A stretch of DNA of 64,000 nt, taken from contig CAJINV010000011.1 of assembly GCA_905178155.1 (NCBI GenBank), positions 1,447,216-1,511,215 of the forward strand. Direction: 5' to 3'. This stretch comes from Amoebophrya sp. A120 (Eukaryota > Protista > Dinoflagellata). The translations under genes were made by a program, and so were the position numbers. Below the pieces are notes generated by a model. It worked only from the letters and a program-made list of their open reading frames with translations. It did no database searches and was not told the origin of the DNA. Shown piece after piece: positions 1-10,623 of the stretch; within the stretch, counting starts at the first letter, position 1, and each line of letters opens with the position of its first letter.

Positions 1-3000
1 CCAGCAAGGACCTCACTCGTCTCGTTTCTTCATCTTCGCCATATTTGCGTATTTCTTCGTGTCCGTCGTGGTACTATCGGTATGAGAACAAACCTTCTAC
101 CTGCCACCTGCTCCACAACCGAAAGAGCCGCGGCCTGGCGTTCCTAGATGTTCTAGCTGTCTCGTCGTCCACGACGTGCTTGCTCTCCACCCTACAGAAG
201 CCGGCGCACGCGGTACAGAACCGGCAGAGCAGCAGGAGAAGCAGCAGTAGTAACTAAAAGAAGGATACTTTTTTAGAGGCAAGCGCACTAAATTGGCGAG
301 AAGATTTTCTTTTGGCTTTTCGCAGTTCAAGCCTGCGAAAGATTGGCGCTCCGCAGTCGAAGACACAGGCACCAAAGTTGTACGATGAAGATCAAGATGC
401 CAGAGTCAAGACCCCGTCTCGCCCATAGTTGTGCTTGCAGCACCGGTAGGAGATGAAGAAGATGGATTTTCGTTTTTGGGTCGCAGTTCAAGATGAGAAG
501 ATGAGACGATGAAGAAGTTCCAGTCAGGGGGCGTGTAGTCGTCTGTGCGACTTTGCTGGTGACTGCAACTTCTTCCTCCGATGGTGTTCCCTTCCCGATT
601 CAATATTTTTCCGATGTAGTGCCCTTCGCGGATTCGCTTTGCAGTAGCAGTACTTGACCTATCGGGATTCAAGATTGATGATTAGCTTCACTATTTGAAA
701 TTAGTGTTCGTAGTGACAGCTCCGGGCGGCCGCTGGGGGATTTCGGTGTGACTAGCTGCTGGCGACTAGTCTCCATTTATGTTCGGGGAAGAAGCACGAC
801 TACAAGATGTTGCTGATGACTTCATATCGGGTTTCGAGATTTTAGGCACTAGTAGACTTTGGCGAAAAGCAGCCAAGCTAACGTAGAACACACGTGCAGA
901 GGTGCGGAAACGCCGGGAGAACAAAAAGAAAAACCCCGGACAGCAGAAAGCACAACAGCAGTCAGGACGAACGAAACAAGGAACAGTACGCAGCGGAAGA
1001 GACCACCGACACGAACGCGAGACATCACGAAGCAAGAACATGGAGCAGTATGGGGGCGTAGAACGATTTCGATTTCGACAACAAGCTGCAGCACGGAGCA
1101 CTGACTACGATTTTTAGACGCAGGAACGAAAAGGGAAAATGGAATACAGTTATAGTAGCGCGAACAGCAGCAGCAGTGATGACAACAGGCGCTGCGGTCT
1201 TTCGGATGCAAGATTTTGGAACACAGCAATGGGGGCGCGGAACGACCTTGACTTCAGCTTTCAAATGCAGGGACCAGGAGACGCGGAAATTTGAACGCAG
1301 GACCAGCAGCAGCAGTGACGATAGAAAGACGCGCAGTTTTTTGGATGCAGGGTTTTCAGAATTCGCAGTGCAGCATGCGAGCAGCTTTTGTTTTCGGATA
1401 GACGGTGGAGAACTTCGTATGGCGTTAGGGGGCAGTGCCGCCTGCCGATGCTGGAGAGATTTGTTTTCGATCGACCTCAACCTGATTCCCGTTTTCCATC
1501 CGACACGCCGATGCTACCAACAGCCGGTCGATAAGCTTTTGCACAACTTCGCCATTCTTCCAGTGGGAATGAAATTGCTTCTGTACCACGACCGCCTTGG
1601 AAGAGTTGTTGATGACCCCGCGGGATTTCGAATCGAAGACAACATGACGACCACAGGCGATGCCAGTACTGTTTGCGGAGCAAGTATCCCTCGCGACGAC
1701 TTTGTGTACACTGATCGGCGTGAGCTTGCTTTTCAGGCTTGAAAACGAACCGACTCCGGATTCGAGATTTGTCATGCAGGTTTACGCGGGGGGCGAAGGA
1801 TTTGTCTCTGTTGTGAACCGACGAAAGATTACGCCCGCGACCACCGCACGCAGACTTTCCGATGCCGATCTCGATCAAGACGCCGATGCTGATTATTTTC
1901 TGACGCAAGATATCCGAGCAAGGACTCGCTTCTCGAGAACGCGACGGAGAGTTATCCTGTCGACGAGAGGAGATCGGAATTTGTGATGCTGGATTTCGAT
2001 AATTGTTGGGCGACGAGATGAAGAGCCTGATCCTGTGCGAAGGCGACGATCCGAATTTGTGTTGCTGATTACGGACGCTAGGCGTTTGAATACGACGAGA
2101 TGTTTCGACTTGGGACGCGGCGATGGATTGGAAGTGGGATCCTTCAGTTGGTGCTTGCGATATCGAACGGGATTTGCGGATGGAGATTACGATAACGAAT
2201 CAATTGGATCGCCGATGGGAACCTGCGACGACAAGAGACCGATGCTGCGATGAGAAGAAACCGATGCTGTGATGGGAGAAGATGATGTGATGAGAATTGG
2301 AAGACGAAGCTCGTGGAAGCAGTTTATGGATTTATGCTAAACAGATTTCGATTACGACTTAGAATTTCATGTAGGATGTAGAGTCTGAGTTTCTATTGCT
2401 AGTAGTTTCCGTTTCAAGCTTCTGTGAGATTTATGCATGGTTTTAGATTTTGATTATGAGAAAAAGCGTTGGGGGCGGTTTGTGTAAATGAAAACTAGTT
2501 TTGAACGCTGTTTCTCATAGATCAAAACTCAGAAAATGAACAGGATGATAAGGGAAAGCCAAGAAATCGATCGAGCAAGAAAACAGAACGAAAATGAAGG
2601 AAAAGCAAAGGAAATCTTGCCACGATCGAAAGGAAAAGGAAAAGAGACGAAGAGAAAAGGAAAAGCAAGGAAATTAGGTCTGATTTCTTGTGAATCCGCA
2701 TCACAAACTGGATTTTCTTACTACTTTCAAGCGGAGCCACGGCTACGGGCGTTTTAGGAATACGAATTTAGCATAAGACAATGGAAAAACTAGACTTGGG
2801 ATAGAGAATCTGTAATGCGTATCTGTGGAATTCGATGTAGTTTTAGATGGTGTTCGATTATGATTTCGGTGCGTACGCGTCTGAAAAATTAACCTCTCCA
2901 TTTCGAAACTAGATCCTACAAGCCGCGGCCTGGCGTTCCTAGATGTTCTAGCTGTCTCGTCGTCCACGACGTGCTTTCGTGCAGCTCGCCTGCCCAGTAT

Positions 3001-6000
3001 TGTGTGGCAGAACCACGAGAACCTCCGGCAGCAGAAACGGTTTCTGTACGATGAGACGCTTGCTTCGAAGCTTCACGGCCGCAAACTGCGCGCGCTCGTG
3101 CTGTACTACATGCAAAAGCATCGTACTAGTATCAATCTTCGCATGACAAATCTCCTCAGCTTGAGAAATAGAATTTGTAATGCGGATTCAACTTAAGTAA
3201 GAAAGAAACTTGTAATGCATGAATGCGATTAATAGTATGTTTACGATACTTTTGCACAGGATATGCTGCATCCGATCATTGCGCCGGAGCTCAAGCTATG
3301 AACTGCAAAAGTATCGTACTCGTATAAATGCATTACAAAGTTCCCCAGCATGATAAGTGAAATTCAAATTTGTAACGCAGATTTGCCTTAAAAAGACTAG
3401 ACAAAGATTTGTAATGCAACTTTTGCATTTAGATTTATACTTACGAATACAATACGATACTTTTGCGCAGGATACAAGCCCGTCACCGCCGAACTGGGCA
3501 CGGAGGAGCATTTGAGCCAGGAACTCGCGCAGGAGAAAATTTTTAAAGTGTACTGCAACGACGTGCACACTTTAGCAGACGCAGAGGAGGCGATTGGGCT
3601 TGCCCGCGCGTGCAAATGGGATATCCTGCCGGGGCCAAGGGTACCGCTCAGTGGGTGGAACGAAAAGGCGCTTGCTGGTATTAGAGAAATGATCGCGAAG
3701 ATTTTTGCAATTTCCTTTGATCATCATGATTGAACAATTATGGATGCAACTTTTGAGCACTGCAGTAGGACAGAAGCAGAACAAACCGTGTCTGATAAAA
3801 TATCTCACTCCGAACAACACACATAAAAACCCCCCTCCACATCTGATCGAAGAGGCTACTGCCGTTCAAGAGCAGCGGCGAAACCGTGGCAAGAGCCTGC
3901 CCGAGGGCTGGCACCTGGATGACGGCAAGGTCGATGAGGAGAGCAGCGAGTACGATTGCGACGAGGTCTATGCTGAAAAAAGGACCCATTCCCATCCAAT
4001 TTGTGATGCAAAACATGCATAAATTGCTGTGTTTGTCATGCAAAACATGGATGGGGATGGTGTTTAAGTTTTTTCTGTGGATAAGGTCGCCTGGACGGAG
4101 TACCCGGAGATCCGAACCCAGTGGGCGGAAAGTTGCTTCACCTTCATCCCCGGCTTTAAGCCCGTTCCCGCGACGTTTTTCCCCGCAACTCTGTTTCACG
4201 AAGAGCTCCTCGAGCACGTGAAGAAGACCATGCCGGACGTGGTCTTTATTAACGCCGCCCTGTCCGTTTCCCAGCAGCTGTACATCGAGGAAGCCTGTTA
4301 TGACAGTGCACAACTCCACCTTCCCCTCATTTGTATAGCATGGCCGGCAATACAAGCATCAGCAAGACTGCCGGTTTTGCATGACAAATTTGCACAGGAC
4401 TGTAGTACTATTTGGTCTACCAGAACTTGTCATACAAACAGTGCCAAGAGGCAAAGGGTGGATTTGGTATTTTGCATTACAAATGAGGGGGAGGGGGAGT
4501 TGTGCACTCTCATACCTGTCACCAAGCGTTGCGGCAGCACGGCGAGGACTTGTGGAAGCAGGAACAGGAGAACTTCACCCCCATGGAGGACCGGCTCAGC
4601 CAGCACTGCCCGTCCTACATCGAGGTTTGCGACCGGAACCGCCTCGTGCTGGAGATCTTTGCGGCCCGCGCGCAGTCCCGCCTCGCGAAGCTGCAGGTGG
4701 CGATCGCGAAGCTGCGGTTCGTGAAAACGCGACTTTCCCGCGGGTCGAAGATGCGTTTACGGGCGGTTTTGGAGCTCACGGACCGGAAGCGGCAGCAGGG
4801 CAAGGTCGGCATGGGCCAGGACGAAATGACCCGGAACCGCAATTGCCAGGGCGCTTTAGAAAGCGAGCCCACGGAAACGGAGGAGACGCTGCTGACGAAC
4901 TACGAGCGGAAAACGCGGAAGCAGTTGGCGGTGTTGGAGAACATGCGGAACAACCAAAGGGAAACGCGCAAAAAGTCCGGCGTCTGGACGATCGGCATGG
5001 TGGGGTATACGAACGTGGGCAAGACGGAACTGATGAACAAACTTCTATGCATGGCAAAAGCATCGCACTAGTCCGAATCTTCGCATGGCAAATTTTCTCA
5101 ACAAGAAAGTTGCCATTTGTCATGCGGGTTCAGGTAGAAAACCAGACTTGTCATGCATAACTGGGATTAGTACGAACGAGTACGATAGTACTTTTGCCAC
5201 GCATAACTCCGAATAAAAAACAACGTCAGCAACGAGAAGCAGTTCAACGATCAGGAGAGGCTGCGTATGACACCCTCAGAATGGAAATCCTCAAAGTGGA
5301 AATAATTTGTGATGCATGAAATGCGACACCAAAAAGACTGTATTGCAGAGAACGCAATGGAGGCCTACTATTGTGCTTCTACGGGTTCAGAATTGGGCTG
5401 CTGATTAGCACGAGAGAACGGCACCCCTTTGCCTAACTAGCATGGCAGACACATTCTGAGTGCCCGGGAAATTTGTCATGCGCCGACTACAAAAGGTGCT
5501 CCAACTGGAGTCGTTTTTTTGCATTACAAATCATTTTCACTTTGAGGATTTCCAACCTGAGGCTTTCATACTGCGCGCGCGGGATTTGCTGTTCCAAACT
5601 TTGGACACGACACTGCGGAAAATCACGTTACCCAAATCCAAGCGAATCGCGATTATGGCGGACAGTGTCGGGTTTGTGCAGAACTTGCCGCACTTCCTCT
5701 TCGAGGCGTTTCAAACGACGATACACGAATTATTGGAGTGCGACATCGTTCTCCACGTCCGCGACATCTCCCACGTGAACAGCACTTCCCAGAGGGACAC
5801 GGTGCTGCAGACTTTGGCCCTCGCCGGGTTTGATTTCGAGTCCACGCCGGTGGTTGAAGTGTGGAACAAGATCGATTTGATTGGGGGAATATGCAAGAGG
5901 ACAAAAGTATCGTTCCAGTAGAAATTGCTTCTCAGAAGAAACGAAAAATCGGAATTCCTGATGCAGACTCAGACAGAAAATGAGTAGATTTCGATTTGTC

Positions 6001-7043
6001 CTTCAAGTAGAACGCGTCAATTCATCATACGAATGCGACGATACTTTTGTACTCCAGTATACGGAAACGATAAAAACCGGTGGGCAGAAATGCAAGAGGA
6101 GATGGCGGCGTTCGAAAGTGGACAGGGAAGGTATAATGGAGGACCGGCAGCGGCTTCTGCGTCAAAAATGAGTATAGCTCCAGAAACAAGTGGTCGATCA
6201 GCGAATGCAATCTCCACGACGGCCTCGGACATGAACAAGGCCGCGACATTGGATCATTCCACTCTAAGTCAAAAGCAATCTTCGTCTGCGACTACCGCCG
6301 TGCCCGTCCCACGTTCCTGCGGGGCCAGGCGGCACGAGAAGCAGCTGAAGAGGCAGGTCGAGAGCGAAGTCCGCTGGTGCGCAACAGAAGATCTTGATCT
6401 CAGTCTCACAAGCTCCGCCTCGGAAAACGAAGATGTTGAGTCAACAACGAACGTAGAAGGCCACGCGAACACCACTGCCGCCAACCGCTACTTAGAAGAT
6501 CATGGCACGAAAAACCCGACCACCACGAATCCCTTTCCGGCGGAGCCGAAATTTGTGGATGCGGAGACGGCGGGGAAAAAGTACCCACCAAAAGCCATCG
6601 TCCCGATATCGGCGTTGCAAGGCGAGGGGATTGATGTGTTGTTGGAAACCATTGAGGCAGAGTTGCAGAAGCGAAACAAGTGCAATTTCAACGTGTTCCA
6701 GTACGACTTGCGCTTTTCCTCCCGGGTGTCCGCGTTTTTGCACGAGGAGGGATTATTCTTGCAGGACGAGGACCAAGAAGTGTCCGACTGCGGCCGGCTC
6801 TTGACCATCAGACTAACGATGGATCCGTGTCAGGCCGACCGGCTGGGGAGGTTCCTGGAAGCGCTGGAAAGGGACAGTGGTCATGGCGGAAATAAGAGTA
6901 GGGGGAAAGAGGTCGCGCAACATGATCGTGGAGGCGCTTGTTTAAATGCAACACAGGCAACATCTAGTAATGCAAGAAATGCTTCTCGATTTCAGCACAG
7001 AACAACGCACAAGAAGAACTCAACGAGCCGAAACAGGATTTAA
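1..7043 (+). CDS. hflX: HflX/GTPBP6-family GTPase (5' end outside window), 9 introns
   Basis: Hand-spliced exons: <1..79, 2923..3103, 3269..3296, 3480..3677, 3871(or 3853)..3968, 4089..4298, 4520..5045, 5211..5265, 5576..5889, 6067..7043. Motifs: EVCDRNRLVLEIFAARAQSRLAKLQVAIAKL (HflX N-domain), G1 VGYTNVGKTELMNKL, LLFQTLDTT, DSVGFVQNLP, DIVLHVRDISH, G4 WNKID, ISALQGEGI. The first exon and intron are uncertain. Confidence 0.9.
126..2976. repeat. 56-bp exact direct repeat (126..181, 2921..2976) flanking a 2.7-kb unique insert in the HflX 5' region
   Basis: AGCCGCGGCCTGGCGTTCCTAGATGTTCTAGCTGTCTCGTCGTCCACGACGTGCTT occurs at both positions; both copies read SRGLAFLDVLAVSSSTTC in the HflX frame. 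Confidence 0.95.
3104..3263. mobile_element. Introner/MITE-like non-canonical intron, family A
   Basis: TSD TGCTG (3099-3103, 3264-3268); ends TAC...GATA; IR TGCAAAAGCATCGTA / TACGATACTTTTGCA; removal gives ...RALVL|HPII. Confidence 0.88.
3297..3474. mobile_element. Introner/MITE-like non-canonical intron, family A
   Basis: TSD CAAGC; TATGAACTGCAAAAGTATCGTA...TACGATACTTTTGCGCAGGATA; removal gives ELK|PVTAE. Confidence 0.9.
3969..4083. mobile_element. Introner/MITE-like non-canonical intron
   Basis: TSD AGGTC; TATGCTGAAAAAA...TTTTTTCTGTGGATA, inner IR CCATTCCCATCCA / TGGATGGGGATGG; removal gives DEV|AWTEY. Confidence 0.88.
4299..4514. mobile_element. Introner/MITE-like non-canonical intron
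   Basis: TSD CCTGT; IR TATGACAGTGCACAACTCC / GGAGTTGTGCACTCTCATA; removal gives EEAC|HQAL. Confidence 0.92.
5046..5205. mobile_element. Introner/MITE-like non-canonical intron, family A-related
   Basis: TSD ACTTC/ACTCC; IR TATGCATGGCAAAAG / CTTTTGCCACGCATA; removal gives MNKLR|IKNN. Confidence 0.88.
5266..5570. mobile_element. Introner/MITE-like non-canonical intron
   Basis: TSD CTGCG; TATGA..CCTCAG..TGGAAATCCTCAAAGTG / CACTTTGAGGATTTCCA..CTGAGG..TCATA; removal gives ERLR|ARDLLFQTLD. Confidence 0.92.
5890..6061. mobile_element. Introner/MITE-like non-canonical intron, family A-related
   Basis: TSD GGGAA/CGGAA; IR ACAAAAGTATCGT / ACGATACTTTTGT; removal gives IDLIGG|NDKN. Confidence 0.85.
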
Positions 7044-7216
7044 ATGCGAATGCAATGCAATATACGAAAGAAAGGCACGTATTGACGAGGATAACTATAG
7101 TGATGTTGATGTCGCGGTAGAATGCGTCTTGACTGATGATGATAGCGACCGTTTGTGTTCTCGCAATGCGTAATCGTGTAAACGACAACGACTATCCTCG
7201 CAATGCGTACCAGGGT

Positions 7217-10113
7217 GCGAAGTTTGAACCTCGCTCGCCCACCACGCCCGAGGAAGTTTATGGGCGAGCGTGGTAGGCAGCGAAATTTTGAATGGGAGAC
7301 GTGTTTTTGAATAATGGGCGGAAAAGTGAAAACTAGCCGACACGGGTAGGCATTTGGAAGCCTGCCGCCATTTGTTGCCAAGGTGGAGGGGTTCCACTCG
7401 ACGCGCTCGCCAGGCCATAGGAACAAAACGCTGGCGCCCTTCATGCGTCAGCGGTTCAAGGAGATGGCGCCAGGCAGGGCGCCAGACACGCGCAAGGCCG
7501 TGCGGTCCTTGTGCCGTGGGCGCTGCTTTTGCCATTTGGCCCGCGCCGAAGCGCGGGCCTATCTCCAACAAGACACGCAGCGGGCCCAGTTTTGGCGCCG
7601 GCAAAGATGCCGGGGCCGCGCTGGACCTCGTGGCGGGTCGCTTCGCCGCTCCCGCCCTGCGCGCGCCCGACCTGAAGCGCAGCGCGAATGTGTTGCGCAC
7701 CTTCTCGGGGCCCGCAGCGGCGCCCCGGGCCTACGCAAGGGGCAAGGTAGGCCGGCGGGGCGCTTGGTTCGTTGCTATGGGGGCGCCTGTGTTTTTCGGC
7801 CGGTGGCGCCGGAAACAACCCCGCCGGGCGGGCGGGCGTCTGGTGCCACAGATGAAAAGGGAGAGGCGCAAAAAAAACCGTCGTCGCGCAAACGCCGACG
7901 GATTTTCGCCCCAGGGGGTCTCCCACCGGTGGCCCCGGACGGCTGCAGAGGGCTGACTGGCTGACCGCGATGCGCTGCTCGAACTCAAGAGCTCTTTGCT
8001 CCCGATCCTCGCTGTCTTCTGCGGCTGCACGTCCGTGATGAACGACTGCAAATCGCTGACTGACTCCAAGCCGTCCCGCGGTTGGCTAGGAACAGCGCCG
8101 CTGGCGCACAGCCCGGCTGTGGTGGAGCGGGCAGCCCCGGCAAGCGCGCCAGGTATTGGCAAGCCCTATATGCCCCCTTGAACTACTATCGTGCGCACAG
8201 CTTCAAGTGGCAGCTGATCGGGGCGCAGTTGGTGGGCAACGCAGGCAAGACGAAGCGGAGCGACGGAGCGCAGCGCGCTGCCCCAGGGGGCGGGCCGCCC
8301 CTGGTCGCTCGCCTCACCCTGCGCCGCGCCTTGCGGAGGCGGCCCTATTTAAAGCCTAAAAAATTTATGGCCTTCGCCCTTTCCGGCACAGGCTTTCGCT
8401 TCTGGCTTCGCCCCCTTTTGCTCTTCGCGGGTCTCTGCTGCATTGCGGCCGCCCACCTGAGGCACTTCCGGAATTGGGAGAAAGCTGGCGGGGTGTCATC
8501 CTTGTGCGCGAGACCTTTGCTGCGCTCTAATTAAGGGCCGCGCCCAAGCTCTTAGTTTTTTGGCCCGTTTTTGCGTCTTACTTTTTGGTCTTACTTTTTG
8601 GTCTTACTTTTCGGTCTTACTTTTTGGTCTTATTTTTTGGTCTTACTTTTTGGTCTTACTTTTTGGTCTTACTTTTCGGTCTTACTTTTTGATCTTATTT
8701 CTTGGTCTTACTTTTTGGTCTTACTTTTGTTTCTTATTTTTAAGTCTTTTTTTTTTCTTTTATTTTTTTCGCCTAAAATAGCGCTTATTTTTTCTCTTAT
8801 TCCCCCACCTATTGCGCGCCCGGCCACGGGCCGGGGGGTCTTATTTTTTTTTTTATTTTTTCTTTTATTTTTTTGCACACTGAAATCGCACACGAAATCG
8901 CAAAAAAGGCGCCCGCCAACTTTCGGGCCGTGAAAATAAGCCCGCCGATAGTGGGACGAATAGGCGGCCTCAAGGGCCCGCGGCCCGGCTCCTTGGCGCC
9001 TTCTTATTTTTCCCCGACTCTTAATTTCGCGAGGCCCGGGTGAAGGATGGCGCGTTCGCGTGGACCACGCCCCGGAACACCGCCCTGACCCTTGGCGGGG
9101 TGTGTTGCCTTTTCCCCCTTCAAGGCGGCCGTGGATTTCGCTAATTGTGTCCGGTGCCGCGCCCACCTCTTTGTCCGACCGGGGCGGGCGTGCCTGCCCG
9201 CTTGGCCTTTGCCGGATAGCGGCCGTCGTTCTGCTTCGATGCCGACCCCCGGGCGGGTAGGCGCGCCCTGAGGCCAACTTTGTGGCCGCTCTCGCCATGT
9301 GGTGATCCGGCTGCCTGGGTCCCGGCTTTTGGCGCGACCCGTAAAATTTTTAACCGTTTTTTAGCAAAAGCCCCGCATGGCGCGGCTCCGGGTGACTCGC
9401 CCGCCGCGCGCGCCCGCGCGGCTTTTGGCAGCGCGCAGCCCAGCCCGTGAGGGTGGCAACGAACGCGATGCGCCTGCGCCCGGTCTCTCACTCAGGTTGG
9501 CCAGTTGGGCAGTCCGATGAACGTGGACGAGGCGAGCGCGAGCGCTTTCTCCCGGGCGCGCGGCCAGCGGGCGCGGGTTCGGTCAGCGGGCGCGGGAGAT
9601 GTTGACGCCGCCCATGAAAACCGGCCAGCGGGCGCGGCCCCCGATGTTGTGTGGCTCCTGATGGGCAGCCGCCCGCGGAAGGCGAGCAGCGAGCCGGCCC
9701 CCGATAGTCTGCGCGCTGCCCCTGCTAGCGCGCAAACCCTGAGAGGGCGCTGCCCGTTGTGTTGGTGGAAGGCCCTCGACGGCGGACAGCCTCTGCAAGC
9801 ATGCAAGCAGCTAGCCCCCAAGGGCGCGGGCAGCCTCTGCAGGCGAGCCGGCAAAGCTGGCAGCTTCGCGCAGCCCCTGGGTGGCGCCGAGCACACTACC
9901 GCGCGGGCGGGCGCGCCCGTCGCTCCGGGCCACTGTGCTCTCCGTCGCACGCTTCTCGTTTCGCTCCGTGGCCATGTTCTCGGTTGGTCCCTCCGCCTGC
10001 GTTCGGTGAGCCCTATCCCTTTCCTGTGCCTTGGATTCACATCTCCCCGTCCCCTGGACCCCCTCTACCGTACAGCCCCGACCCCGGTGGTTTTCGCCAG
10101 GGTTTGGTTTGTT
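7217..10113. other. GC-rich non-genic island of unknown origin
   Basis: Abrupt compositional shift; overlapping Arg/Gly/Pro/Ala-rich ORFs in all frames with no recognisable motif; CCAGGGT at 7210-7216 and 10114-10120. Confidence 0.55.
8575..8730. repeat. 13-bp tandem repeat (GGTCTTACTTTTT)n, about 12 copies, decaying into T-rich sequence
   Basis: Read directly from the sequence. Confidence 0.92.
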
Positions 10114-10623
10114 CCAGGGTAGCAAATCGAGCAAACGATAGTGACTGTTCTCGCAATCATGCGTGCGATGCGTATGACTATCAACGAACTGGAAGTAAGT
10201 CTAATCTAAGCTGCAGCAACGACCTCTATATATTTATATTGAGAACACAAACGCTACGCGTTAAGCCGAGACACAAGCGCGCATGGAGAGACGCGAAGGT
10301 GCGCGAGAGAGTGCGCCGCAAAAAAAGGGGCTGTCTTTAAAGTCTGAGCGAAAGTGCAGGGACGAGGGGTGCAGTTGATTTTCGTATTTTTTGACGCACA
10401 TGCACGACGTCTGCAAGAAAACGTTCATAGGGTCGAACACAAATGACACCCCAGGATAAGAACAAGAGCCGTGTCTTACAAACTACGTCTACGGGCGTCG
10501 GCGTGCAGAAGAAGCTGAAAAGCTTTCACTTGAGGAGCAGAGATATTGCCTCGTCGTCCAAAATCAAAAGCGACCTGCAATACCCGCTTTTCAAATAGGA
10601 GCCCGAAGGCTACGCCGACGAGG

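Noticed and set aside
182-2920. Retrotransposon or transposase gene in the HflX insert
   Set aside because: No RT (YxDD), endonuclease, integrase or DDE motif recognised; frames are broken; no poly-A tail, LTR or TIR seen.
3104-3474. Stop-codon readthrough or an alternative genetic code as the cause of fragmented ORFs
   Set aside because: Breaks coincide with TSD/IR-bounded elements or GT-AG introns, and long exons are stop-free under the standard code.
7095-10340. Many 100-200 aa ORFs in the GC-rich island (likewise 34.8-36.2 kb and 38.5-41 kb)
   Set aside because: Expected from stop-codon scarcity at high GC; overlapping in all frames; no motifs.
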